In this document: positions 25,801 to 38,409 of the stretch, one piece after another
Layout: each line of letters starts with the position of its first letter
Position numbering within the stretch: the stretch's first letter is position 1
Assembly: GCA_028534125.1 (NCBI GenBank)
Contig: CM052816.1
Span: forward strand, 38,876,001 to 38,940,000
Length of the DNA stretch: 64,000 nucleotides
Direction: 5' to 3'
Origin: Lama glama
Taxonomy: Eukaryota
Program-made: the position numbers and the translations under genes
Notes under the pieces: model-generated
Database searches by the model: none
Told to the model about the DNA's origin: nothing
Seen by the model: the letters and a program-made list of their open reading frames with translations, nothing else

Positions 25801-27514
25801 GTAAAATGGGAGCTCAGAAGCTATGTCTTGCCAGATGGTTGTTTAGTTCAAGCCTGTCAGTGAGTTTCAGACAATCAGTTACGGAAGAAGAGAGGTGAAA
25901 ACCACCTTCTCTCTACATCCTTCAATAATGCACATTTAGCACAAATCATAATACAGAGGCAAAAGTGAAATCTGGGTTTGAAAAATTAAAATAAGAAAAA
26001 CAAGCTTAGTTACATTGATAGTTGATTCAAGGAACAGAAGCCCCAAGAATCAAACCTGCATTAACAATCAAGGGCAACAGTAGCAATCAGTGGTCACATC
26101 TCTTCAAGGTCAGAGGAGCAAGAAGGGTGCTATGAGCAGTACTCATGAGCAAGAGCTGGAAAGCCTCTCAGGTAACACACCTTCGTGGACTCACGGCAAA
26201 GTCAGTGCCGAGAGAGAGCAAAGGAACGTGGCCAAGAGAGAGGGATGTTTATATCCTGTTTCAGTCTGCTTCATGAGTCTTCCCACTTGAGAAAAATTAA
26301 TTATCTGGAAAAACCAAAGGACTTCAGTGGCCTAAGGACAAGGTTAAACAAAACAGAGGTTTGTTTCTGGGGCTGGAGAGGATGGGGAGTGGATAAGCTG
26401 CAAAATCCTTATTCCTCAAGGCTGAAATGTTAACAAAAAAAAGCAATCAAAAACACAGCACACACCCACTGAAACGAGGAGCACTGTGATTCGAGGTTTG
26501 CTGTAAACAAGCTGCACCTCAGAGGTTAATATTCCTCGGCGTCTTCAGCCTGCCAGTCTCTTTCACCCAGGAGTTTAATTTTAGCTCTGTATTAATTATA
26601 CATCACAATTACACACAGACATGGGCACGCACACACACTGTAATGATTATGCTGCTATCGCGGACTCGCTCTGGAACTTATTCAGGTCACCTCAGTCCCT
26701 GTGGGATGTGATGTTGTTTACTGTCTAGAACCTCACACTCGATTTTCTCTGGAGATGGCTGCCCGGAAACAAGCTTCCTCCAAAATGGAAACTCTCTGCC
26801 AAGGCTTTTCAGAGGGAAGAGACAGTGATCTCTGTAGCAGATACCATGCAATGACAAGAAAGTGTGTACATGGTGACAAAATCAAAACTTCCCAACCATA
26901 CATCTCAGGCAGGTGTTGCTTGATGTGCTTGGAGGGCCACACATGTGGCAATGCCTCACACAGGCAATCCGATTCAGAAATGTGGTTTTTAGGTTGCACG
27001 GGAAATGGATGTTGAAGGCTTTTCCTGTCGTAGCTGCAGTTCTGGTGATTACAAGATGGGCTGGGGAACAAAGGCTCAGCAGAAATATCTCTGCACTTCC
27101 CCCAAGCCCAGCTGCTTGCCCTTGACATCTTGAAACTGGCACTTCAATGAGCTCTCAGCCTCTGAGAGCGATGCATGAAATGTAAGACCAGAAGCATCTA
27201 TTCATTAAGCTTGGTCACTAAATTAATCTTTCCCCATGGCCAGCTATGAAGTGGAGTTAATGAGGATGAAGCAGAAGCTGAGCTAGGACATATTTAGCCA
27301 CGGGCTGCACCTTAAGACCTCACTCCCTGGCAAAAGAATCAGGACAGCTCCCTCCTGGCATCAAAAGGGCATGAAGGGGACCTATAGGCAGAGAATTCAG
27401 GCAACTTTCACTCCCCGCACCCTCTTATCTATTACTGAAAGCCTGACCGTGTGGTTGCTCCTACACGATGCCTGCCTGACAGGACTACAGCCTTCCTATA
27501 AGAATTAAACCTCT

Positions 27515-27800
27515 TCATTTGTCAATCAGTTTATTGTTATTGTTTATTGTCACCCTCCCACCTCTGAGCACTGCTATGTGTTGAAGATACAGCGATGAAC
27601 AAAGAAAAGGCCCCTCTCACGGAGACCTCATAGGGGCAGTGGGAGTAACCAGCAAGGACCGAAACAAATACTCGTTTTTAGGTCATGACGATGCTTGCAT
27701 GGCAGCTGTGGTACGGCTGAATAACAACCTTCGATTGGGTGGTCAGAGAAAGCTCCTCACAGGAAGTGTCACATCAGCTGAGATCTGCCAAGCCCCAGGG
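27515..27800 (-). mobile_element. L2 3' fragment
   Basis: gcactgctatgtgttgaagatacagcgatgaacaaag...ggtcagagaaagctcctcacaggaagtgtcacatcagctgagatct. Confidence 0.7.
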
Positions 27801-27974
27801 TGGAGCCCAAGCACACCTCTGAAGAACATGAAGGAGGAGAGACGGCCCGAGAGTTAAATGCTCCTCTGCTTTGATAAATGCTCTTGCATTTTATCTCCCC
27901 AGTAACTTAATGTGAAGTATTTATTACTGGAGACATGGCTGTAGAATGGATTCAACTGGGCACTGAAACCCCAC

Positions 27975-28185
27975 GGAGGCTATGTGATGTATGAAGAGAC
28001 AAACACAGATCCAAATTCCCATTACCCTGATGACTATATAATAACTGAGCATGCTATTTAACTTCTACAAGCCTCAGTTTTCTCATTGGAAAGAATGGGT
28101 TGCTACTGGGATTAAATTACAGAGCATGCCAAAGTTCTCTGGCACAGTTCTCCACACAGTAGGTGCTCAAGGAGCGCTCATCACA
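27975..28185 (+). mobile_element. MIR SINE
   Basis: aagcctcagttttctcatt...cacagtaggtgctcaa. Confidence 0.7.
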
Positions 28186-28269
28186 GTCAATAATTGGGTG
28201 TGTGTATGACAGGTGTGAAGTTAAGCCTTCTGCAGACTTTCAAAAATGTAATTCTCCCAGAAAAATAGA

Positions 28270-28410
28270 TACTATTGTTATCACCATTTTAAACACGAGG
28301 AAACAAATTGAGAGGACCTAAGTCAATTGCTCCATTTGTAAAGCTGGTCAGTGGGAATACTGGTACTCAGCCCTGGTTTGACTCCAGAGCCAAGCAATTA
28401 ACTCACTTCC
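28270..28410 (-). mobile_element. MIR SINE
   Basis: attgttatcaccattttaaacacgaggaaac...tttgactccagagcc. Confidence 0.7.
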
Positions 28411-29074
28411 CAAACACAATATCGGCATTCTGAGAGTTCTAACCCCAAGCAGAGTTGTACCTCCTCAGATGGAATCAGAAACCACCCACCTTAACAGTCC
28501 ACTGCCAAATGGTCTTCCTTTAGGAGAATCACAAAGGAAAAGGGCTCCCACTCCATTCTGATCTTCTCTTTCTGGTTTCTTGTCAACTAACATGGCATAA
28601 AGCTGAAAACTCTTTTGCTTAACTCTGTTTATTAAGAAAATAGTCTGGAGTGGGCATAGCTGGGGTGGGACTCCTATTGCTCTATGCAGTGAACGGTTTA
28701 TCACACACGAACACACTGTGACAGATTAGGTCCGGTGATAGAAACGGCCCGTGAGCAGCATACTGCTCTTTGCCACTTATCTCCGAAGAAAAGCTGTCTC
28801 CATGAGGATGATGAAAACTTTGTCTGACAAATCAACAAAGTACAAAACAGAAAAAGTTCAATGAGACAGTCCATGAAAAAAAATCCTTCCACTATTCTAT
28901 ATTCCATTGAGAATTTATAAGGAATTAGACAGTTGGCTACATATAAATAAAATGGAGTATAAGCCAAGAATCGATTATTTTAATAATAATGACTATGATG
29001 TCTATATTCTAGGAGAGTAGCAGGAATACAAAATAAGTATTTTGAAAATTATAAGGTTTTTCATTCCTTTGGTC

Positions 29075-29210
29075 CACAAACATTTATTAAGTGCATTTTA
29101 TATACTTGGCACTGTTCTAAACACTGGAGATAACAGCAGTAAACAAAACAAATAAAAAAACACCATCAAAACAGTAATAACAATAAATACCTACCTTCAT
29201 GGAACTTACC
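29075..29210 (-). mobile_element. L2 3' fragment
   Basis: acaaacatttattaagtgc...ggcactgttctaaacactggagataacagcagtaaacaaaac...ccttcatggaacttac. Confidence 0.7.
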
Positions 29211-31699
29211 CTATTTGTGAAAATACTGATTATACAAATATTAATTTTCATTTCCTTAATTTTGAGGTTCCCTCTTATTTAAATATAAATATCTGACAGT
29301 AGTCTCCCTCAATTAATCATCTCTCAAGTGAAGCTTATCCCTTCACCAGTTTTCAAAGAGTTCACTTTGATAAGAGGGGGAAAACCAGAAGCAACATGCA
29401 ATATGAAAGCAGTACGAGTTTGTGTTAGGTGAGGTCATAGGGAGGGCAGGGGAAGAAAGGAGAGTGGGACCTCTCACAGTTTTGCCTACCAAAGACACAA
29501 GCAATACAAAAGTAATTTCACTATTATTCTAAGTAAACCACCTGCTACCACTTTCAAAAAGGAAAAAAAAAATCACATCACACATTTCAAAGTCAGAAAC
29601 AATGTGTATGGTCTGAATTACTATTCCCTCCACTAGCATGGATAATCAAGAGCTTACTGTGTGTGTTCAACCCCAGCTAGCCCTAAGCAAGTCCCCACAT
29701 ATAGCAATTACATGGTTTCCTCCCACTCCTGCCCTGCATAATGGATCCTGAAGGAGAAAGGGTGTTCAGACAGGCTGAAGCATAATTCTTAGTGCGTGGG
29801 TAAATCTGAAAAAAAGTGTAGTGTTTTAAAATAGGTAGGAGAAAGGAGCATGGGTGTGTCCTTCCCTGAAACACCAAGAATAGTTTCTTTTTGGAGGAAA
29901 GAAGATGAGGCCAGAGTGACAAAATGAGATCTGATTGGTTGGTTACTCTTTACTTTCAAAAGAAGATTCCAGGAGATTGAGGCCAGAGGCCAATCCAAAA
30001 CAGTAGTTAACCAAAAGAAGAGAATGAGGGGCGGGGGTGGGTGGTGGGTGGGGGTAGTTGGGAGGCAGGCTGGCTCTGCAGATTGTCAGATCTGTGATAA
30101 GGAATGGCACCATTATGCTTGCATTTTCAGAAGTGGCCCTCCTCTTATCCTAGTTTCAAAGGAAGCCCCTCTATTCACCTTCTCATTAAAACAGCCTCTC
30201 CAGAAAAAATGCTGAGACCATACAAAGCAGGACATTCATCACTAGGGCAACCCGTGTACTCAATGAAAGCTGGCTAACACAAAGGGCTTGCTTAAGGCGT
30301 TGCAGGGAAGCTGGTTGCCTTTGCCTCAGACTATATTTCAGATTTAACATTGGATTCAGAAAGGAAATAAATTCTGTTTTTTGGTTTTTGCTCTAGGAAT
30401 ACTTAATGAAGAATGAAATCATCCTTTTAATTTAATTTTACTTTTTAAAGCAGGCAAATTCTTGGGTAGTATTTAACACCAGATTTTTATTTATCAAGAC
30501 ACTAACACCAGCTACATTTCACCCCTTTTATACCATTCCATTTATACCATCTAAATTCAACATGGCTACATGTCTCCCAGGATTCCTGGATACTACATGC
30601 AAGGACCATTCAGATATACTTTTTCCCAGCTTTGTCCTTACCTGCCCCACCCCAACTGTCTTGCACCCATCTTCCTTGTCAAAGACCACACACACACATC
30701 TCAGGGCTGGCCAAAGTTTACCCAACTATAGCCTAAATACAAAGTGTAAAATGATGCCAGAATCTGGCTACAGAACCATTCACACACATAGTGGAATTTA
30801 CTGCAAGTCATTTTTCTCTTATATATTCTTTTAAGAGCTTTGAGATATAGTTACAAAAAACAAACAAACAAACAGACCCTCCACTCAACAGAGGCAAGGG
30901 GGCAGAGTATCTCATAGCAAAACCATGTAAAACTTTCAGTTGGTGTGCTTCCCTGATCAACCCTGCTTAGTTTCTGGGCATCCTTATATACCTCTTTCAC
31001 TTCCTGAAGATGGAATAAAACCACTATATTTGGCTAGCATAATAATATTGTATCTTAGCTTTACTTTAATTTGCTGTTGACAAAGCTGTTTCTCAGTCAC
31101 TTTTCAGAGAATTATCGTCTCCTGAGAAACCATCTTTTTAGCATATTAGAATATCAAGCAGAAGTTCCATTATGGACACCTGGGGCAATTTTCTCAAATA
31201 TAGGACAGACTTTTGCTGGAGTGTGAAATTGGATCTTTTTGTTTTGTTTTGTTTTTTTCATATATTATGAGGAGTGGGGTGAATTGGCTTTGGACTCCTG
31301 TTTCCTAAAATATTCTTCTATTTTGTTTTAAATCTATGCAAAGCACCTAAAAAAAAACACCTAAAAAGAAATGCAGCTGAAATACTTGTTAATTTTTTCA
31401 CATTTACCAACAAAGAATTAGAGAGATGAGGGAAATAACCAGAGTTAATAATAGCCCAGAATAGTACCAAGTTCAGAGTCAGTTACCAGAATTCCAAGAT
31501 CAGTAGGACATAAATTCTACTCTTGTGATGTTTACTTGAGATAGTAATAAAGAGGCTAGAGTATTTACCCATCTAAAAGGAAAAGGTAAGCATCTCGAAC
31601 AGACAGTATCTTGTAGCTAACCACCTAAACAAGAGCTGGTTGAGCTTCTCTCAATAATTCAATAATTTTCAAGAGTCTAAAAAGGGTCTTGAGATCAGA

Positions 31700-32310
31700 A
31701 AATTGCTGTTCTAGCGGATTGAGTAGGAAGTGAGTAAACAGAGACAGAACACAGAAACAATGCTTTCAGGAAGTTTGGTTACGAGAAAGACAGGATTATT
31801 TAAAAGGAAACTTTGGGGTCAAAGATTGAGTCTGTGTGTATGTGTTTTCAGATAGATAGTATTTAAACTGGAATATATTTAAATACTAAGAATAAGGGTC
31901 CATTAAAGAGAAGGGTGTTGTATAGGTGGGAAATGGGGTAGGGAGAACAAAACTCCTAACAAGGAATAGAGGATTAGTCTTAGAATCAACAAGGGACAAC
32001 TCAGTCCTCTTAACAGGAAAAAATCAGGAAACAATTGATTCTGCTGTTGAGAAAGTTTCAATGTTTGTAGCAGGAAGTTGAGGGAGTGCTCATCTTATGG
32101 CTGCTGTATACTCTGAATTAGGAGGTAAGGTTGTATGTTGAAGAGGAGGAAAAAGATTGGGAGTAGAAGAGTAAGAGATCAGAGAGACTGGAGAATGTTT
32201 GAAAGCATTCTTTAATAGCATGTGAGGGACATGACTATGGAAACCATGTAGGATTAAACTACTATTGACTAAAGTTGAAGACCATAAATTTATAGTGGAC
32301 CAAATAATTG
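31700..32310 (-). mobile_element. L2 ORF2 remnant (resumes ~35380-36050)
   Basis: Purine-rich L2-like antisense sequence tttcaggaagtttggt...ggggtcaaagattgag...gcaggaagttgagggag. Confidence 0.55.
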
Positions 32311-32399
32311 GATTAATTTTTTTACTTTATTTTGAAATATAACATACAGAAAAGTACATAAAGTATATTCTTATTGCTTAATTTTATAATTTTTAAAGC

Positions 32400-33390
32400 T
32401 TACTTTACATTTGCAGTTATTACAAAATATTGGCTATATTCCCTGTGTTATATAATACATCCTTGAACCTATCTTACACCCAATAGTTTGTACCTCCCAC
32501 TCCCCCAACCCCAGATTGCCTTTCCCCCTTTCCCTCTCCCTAATGGTAACCACTAGTTTGTTCTCTGTGTCTGTGAGTCTGCTTCCTTTTTGTTATACTC
32601 ACTAGTTTGCTGTATTTTTTAGATTCCACAAATCAGTTATATCATACAGTATTTGTTTTTCTCTGTCTGACTTATTCCACTCAGTATAATGCTCCCAAGT
32701 CGATCCATGTTGCTGCAAACATCAAAATTTCATTCTTTTTTTTATTGCTCAGTAGTATTTCATTGTATATATATACACCACATTTTCTTTATACATTCAT
32801 CTTTTAATGGACACTTAGGTTGCTTCCATGTCTTGGCAATTGTAAATAATGCTGCAATGAACATTGAGATACACGCATCTTTTTGAATTAGTGTTTTTAT
32901 TTTTTCACATACATTCCCGTGAGTGGAATTGCTGGGCAATACGATAGTTCTAGTTTTAGTTTTTTGAGGAAACTTCACACTGTTTTCCACTTGGTTGCAC
33001 CAATTTACATTCTCACCAACAACGTACAAATGTTCCCTTTCCTCCACAACCTCACGAACATTTCTTATTTGTGTTCTTTTTGATGACAGTCATTCTGATC
33101 AGTGAGAGGTGATATCTCATTGTGGTTCTGATTTGCATTTCCCTGATGATTAGCAATGCCGAGCATCTTTTCATGTGCCTGTTGGCCATCTGCAATTCCT
33201 CTTTGGAAAAATGTCAATTCAGTTCTTCTGCCCATTTTTTAATCAGGTTGTTTGCTTTTTTTGGTGTTGAGTTGCATGAGCTGTTTAGATGTGTTGGATA
33301 TTAATCCCTTATCAATCATATTATTTGCAGATACTTTTCCCATTCAGTAGGTTGTCTGTTCATTTTGTCAATGGTTTCCTTTGCTGAAGT
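32400..33390 (-). mobile_element. L1 3' end (ORF2 C-terminus + 3'UTR), cetartiodactyl type
   Basis: ORF 32760-33047(-) contains [35 protein letters not shown], the L1 ORF2p C-terminus; canonical antisense 3'UTR. Confidence 0.92.
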
Positions 33391-33419
33391 TTTTGTTTAA
33401 TTAAACAAATATTTCTAAA

Positions 33420-35310
33420 GGTAATCAATACCTTTACCTTCTTACCAGGTATTAAGACTGTAGCATGCTTTCACTGAATTTACTCACCCACTGCATCATC
33501 ATTATCATGTATTTTAATACTGTTTTGATTCTATAATACATTATCATTTTATACATATGTGTTCATTTTTATTTACCCATGTATTTATCATTTTCTTTAC
33601 TTTCCATTCCCTCTTTCATTTTGGGCATTTCATTTGGGCTCATCTTCCTTTAGAATTTCCTTTAGTGATGTTATACTAGTACAAACACTCCTTATTTTTG
33701 TTTGTCTGAAAGGGACCTTATTTCACCTTTATTTTTTAAAGATCTTTCTCAGGGTATAGAACTCTAACTTGGCATGTGTATCTTTCAGCAATTTGGAGAT
33801 ATCATTGCACTGACTTCTGGCTTTCATTGCTAGGACTGAGAAGTCAACAGTCAGCCTAGCTCCTGCTCCTTTTAAAGTATTCTGACATTTTTCTTTGGCT
33901 GCTTTGGATATTTCCTTTTTCTTCGGGTTATACAATTCACTGTAAAATATCTACGTATGAAGTCATTTATTCTGCCTAAGATTTTATTGTTTTTTTAATC
34001 TTTGGATTGGTATATTTCATCAGCTCTGCAAAATTCTCAGTCGTTATTTTGTCAAGTATTGCCTCTGCCCCTGTTCTCTCCCTCCTCAAATTGAAATGTA
34101 CATTATACCTTCTTCTATGCCCTAATAACCTTTTAGTTTTTATATTTTTGTCTCTCTGTGATTTATTATGTTTATTTTTTTCTCATCCTTATTTCTATTC
34201 ACCTTCCTAATAAGTTCTGTGGATAATTTGTTGTTAAATCCAGAATAAGTTTAACTGGAGTCACTTTTTGTTTTTCATTTCTAGAAGTTTTACATGACTC
34301 TTTTGAGTCTGCTAGACTGTCAAATTTTAGAATTTCCTGGATTTGCCACTTATTTATGTAGAGTAAGCAAAAATATTTACAATTTGTGTCCAAGCATCCA
34401 AATTGTGGTCTTTGTAGACCTATTTTTTCAGTGTGTTACTCCTAATGTTTCCTCCTGAACATAGTCTGTTGCCTTGTGTTCTTGATTTCATTTTTGGCTA
34501 TATACTTTTCATTTTCCCTGAAAAATATTTGTGGGGATTTCTTGAAGTTTAACATTATCTAACATTATCTATAAAGTCATCTACCCCCAAAGGGGATCTG
34601 AATTTATCTCTGCCTGGAAACCAAGGGAATTACCAGTCTAGAACCACCTTAAAGTAAAATTTTGCCCTGAGGTTTCTGTAGACCCCTTCAAGATATGTGA
34701 ACTTAGTCTGCAAATCTGCACAAAGTTTGGCCTGTAGTCACAACTTTTCTTTCTTTTTTTAAATATGGAGCACTTTACGAATTTGCGTATCATCCTTACT
34801 CAGGGGCCATGCTTATCTTCTCCACATCACTCCAATTTTAGTATATGTGCCAAAGTGAGCACATACACTTTTCAGAAAGTAATTTTTCTTTCCTTTTTTC
34901 CTCTTCTGTGTGTAGTTCCAAGACAATCTTTCCAAAAATTTCTTTCTGACTCACCCTTTCCTGAGAGCCTAGCCCTTTGTGATTCTGGCTTAATGTGAAG
35001 AAAGTCTCATTAGATTCTCCACTAATATTGGCCCTGGGCCTTAAATCATGACTCCTTGTACTATGAGGCCACCGAAAACAAGCACAACTTTTCCAGCATC
35101 AGAAAATGCTTATGAGTCAAATGACTTCACCTTTCAGGTTACTTCTTTGAGTTTCCAGTTTTTCTTAAATTTTGTCTGGTAATTCCTTAATATATGCAAA
35201 AATTCTTAAGCATGTTAAAAGAGATATTTTAATACTGTATCAGCATTTAAAAATATTTTCATTAAGATAAATTTGTCCAAATAATCTAGTCAACCACTAC
35301 CAAAGTGAAA
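33420..35310 (-). mobile_element. Old L1ME/HAL1-like 5'UTR-ORF1 remnant
   Basis: ORF 33729-33935(-) contains KAAKEK...RLTVDFS...KARSQCNDISKLLK (ORF1p RRM/CTD-like). Confidence 0.7.
34761..34862 (-). pseudogene. U6 snRNA retropseudogene
   Basis: aaatatggagcactttacgaatttgcgtatcatccttactcaggggccatgcttatcttctc...ccaattttagtatatgtgccaaagtgagcac is the diverged reverse complement of near-full-length U6; A-tail at 34745-34760 (T-run on +). Confidence 0.95.
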
Positions 35311-36289
35311 ATCATGATATTTCTTCCAGAATACTCATCAGCCCAAGTAGGGACACAGAGAAAAAGGACATTTTGTTTCATCCATGACTAGAATTTAACC
35401 AAGTAAGAATAGAAAGAGGATGTGGCAAGTCACCTTAGGGAATTAGTTAAGAAGTGTTTGAAGTCTTGAATTATAAAATACGAGCTGGATGAGGACAAAA
35501 AAAAAAAAGGAAATATTTGAAACATTGAAGGTAGATGATAAACAGGATGGGTGTCTCACTGAGGTCAAAGAATTGATATATTAGGATTAACTTAGTGAGT
35601 GACCTAAATAAACAGGAAATTACAAAAAGAGGAAGGTCTTGGTATATGATTTTCAAGATGGAGAAGTTCATTGTGATTATGGAAGTGGGCAGCCGAAGTA
35701 TAGTGGTTGAGTTTATTTTGAAGATGAAATAAAAAAATCTGAGAAGATTCTAAAGTCAGTTAAGAAGAGGTCAGAACTAGAAATGGAATAAAAGACCAAG
35801 AAGCAGACCCAGAGTCTACGGTGAGGGAATGGGAATGATTACTACAGGGGTAGATTTCATGAACAATGTGAGGTAGAAAGTGGTATACTCAATGCCATTT
35901 GCTTCTAGAGAGCAGGAGAATTTTCACAAGTGGGCAGAAGGAGTCACCTGAAATAGCTTTAGGAAGTGAAGTGACACAGATTTCATATCCAATTCTCAAG
36001 AATGTTAGGCGTAGGAGAGTTATGACAAGGCAGATTTGAAAAACAATCAAACAGGACTTCAAGATGTGAAAGGGTTCTTAGCTTGTATCATATCACCGTG
36101 GATCCCAGCAAGAAATTAAGATTCACTTTCCTGTCTTCAAGGACCAAATCAAAAGCAAGAAGAAAGTGCAGGAAATGGTAAGCAATTTAACATCAAAGAA
36201 TTAGCTTTATTAATGGTCCAGGCGAGTACTTAATAACCTGCAACATTTGGAGATCTCTGGTACGGATAACATGGTTTAGAAAAACTCTC

Positions 36290-37250
36290 TGGCAGTATGG
36301 TGTGCTACATACCCTGAACAACAACTAAAAATGCTTGAAGAATTTCCAGAGAAAAGATCCAAGAAATGTGAGCTCATCATTAGAAACAATCACAAAACTC
36401 ACACGTAAACTAGCACCTTGAGAGCCAGTAAGGACAGAACTATAGAATCAGATCTACGATGTTTTCATACACTAGAATTAGCAGCACAGAATTTTAAATT
36501 AAGTATGCTTAATACGTTTATGGAAATGAAAGAGGAGATGTAAAATATGAATAAGATGTCCAGCCATATTTGAAAAAGAAACAAATAGGACTTCTAAAGC
36601 TTTTGTTTAAAAAAGATGCAATTACAAGCTTAAAAATTCAATGATAGGTTTAACAGCTGATTAGCCACAACGGAGGAATTAGTGTATCAGAGATCTGGAG
36701 AACTATCCAGAACACAGCATGAAAATTCTAAGAGAAGGAAAATATGAAAGAGGGTAAAGATAAATGAAGAATACAATGAGAAATTCTAACATAAATCTAA
36801 TCAGAGTTTCAAGAACAGAGGAGAGATGGGGGAGAGAAAATATTCAAAGAGTTAATGGCTAAGAATTGGTTAAAATACAATAATTCCAAAGCAGAAAAGC
36901 AGAAAAAAAAAATTCACACCTAAATTCATTTTAGCAACCACAGAATACCAAAGAGCTGATTATTGAGAAAGAACTATAGCAGAATTAAGCAAACATTTTT
37001 TTCTCTGCGGGACCAAACAGCAAATATTTCAGACTTTGCAGGCTTCAGTCTCTGCTGCAACTATTCACCTCTGCTCTTTTAGTGCAAAAACATCCAGAGA
37101 CAACATGTAAATAAATGACTGTGGCTGTGTTCCAATAAACTTTATAAAAAATAGGCAGCAGGATTTACTTTGCTCGTGAGTCATAGTTTATCAACTCCTG
37201 AACTACAGAATGTCCCCTGACTTCTCAACAGCAACAAAAGCACCCAAAGA
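36290..37250 (+). mobile_element. Old L1ME/HAL1-like ORF1 remnant
   Basis: aaaaattcaatgataggtttaacagctgattagccaca...aactatccagaacacagca; ctgacttctcaacagcaaca after the MER58A insertion. Confidence 0.65.
36980..37200 (+). mobile_element. MER58A (hAT-Charlie) DNA transposon
   Basis: cag...gcaaac TIR; ggctgtgttccaataaactttat; tagtttatcaactcctg; 8-bp TSD aactatag (36972-36979) and aactacag (37201-37208). Confidence 0.9.
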
Positions 37251-38369
37251 AAAAGGCTTAGACTGATGTCAAGTAGGTGTCTCCCATTTCTTCCCAGAGG
37301 CTCTCATTGTCCACCCAACCTAACCCAGTTCAGCCTGAGAAATTGGAACGAAGAAAAGTCACTTACAATCTGCTTTTAATATCCCCTAGTCCTTACATTT
37401 CCCTCATTCCCAGGCCAAAGTGTACAAGGCCCATGGACACACAGGCATTGGTCTATCATTTTGACAGTAGATACCAATGTTACATCCAAGAACCCAAATA
37501 ACAGACCAGTTTATGGAAGCAGCACTATGGCCACAGATTCTGTGAGTGTCACAAAACAGTAATATGCCAGAAAGGTGAATATACCTCTCAAAGTACAACT
37601 GTGGATAGTGTGTGAGATGACCAAATAGGAGAAAAAGTGTGTCTGAGGATGTGCCTGTATGTCTCAAAAACAGGGCCAACAGAGACTAACCAGGACCTTA
37701 ACCAAAACTGCATTAGGTTGCAGAGGCAAAACAAAAAGCAATGTTGCAAACACCAACATATCCTAAAGAGTGTGTTTAGGCAAGGTTCCCAGAAGTTTAG
37801 GTTAGCATTAATCATTGCTCCTAATTGCTGTCAGTTAATTCTCCTGAGCGCCCTCCAGGCCAAGCCATCATCCCATGAAACATGTTGTCATCCCATGAAA
37901 CATGTTGTCTTCCCTTATAATGCATTTCTGTCTTGCCAGTAACAGAATCTGAGGCTTTGGTGTTCCTTTACAAGAACACTGATCGAATCACCCTAAGACC
38001 TTTTTGTGTGTTCTGGGTTACTGGGCACAATTCCAGAAACAAATGCTTATATTATCCTCAAATAGAATACCTAACTTTCCAAGACTGCTCAGAAGCAGAT
38101 GTTTCTCAGTCATTTCAGGATTGGCCACTGGTAAAGGCACAGTGTACTTGACATCCTGTTCTCTGTCCACTAGGTTACACAGGCTACATATAATCTCATA
38201 ACCTCTAAAACAGTCCTAGTAAAGGTCCTTTATTGCCACAGAATCCTATGCTTTCCACTGGAAATGAAAACAGGCCAGTTTCCTCTAGTCTAGTCCCTGC
38301 ACACTGCAGGCTCATTTCCCTGACTTATAAGAACCATTGTGATTTCCATTCCATTAAATCCATTCATTT

Positions 38370-38409
38370 GTGGTGGGGGTATAGTTCAGTGGTAAAGCAT
38401 TTGACTGCA
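38370..38409 (+). pseudogene. Tailless retropseudogene of the 5' half of tRNA-Cys(GCA)
   Basis: gggggtatagttcagtggtaaagcatttgactgca (38375-38409) matches tRNA-Cys-GCA 5' half up to the anticodon; flanked by the 18-nt direct repeat cattaaatccattcattt (38352-38369 and 38408-38425); no polyA. Confidence 0.9.

Noticed and set aside
26701..27142. Four overlapping Cys-rich ORFs on both strands
   Set aside because: No domain pattern or convincing exon boundaries; consistent with chance ORFs in more balanced base composition
28800..28830. Possible C/D snoRNA (ATGATGA ... CTGA)
   Set aside because: Boxes only about 10 nt apart and no terminal stem
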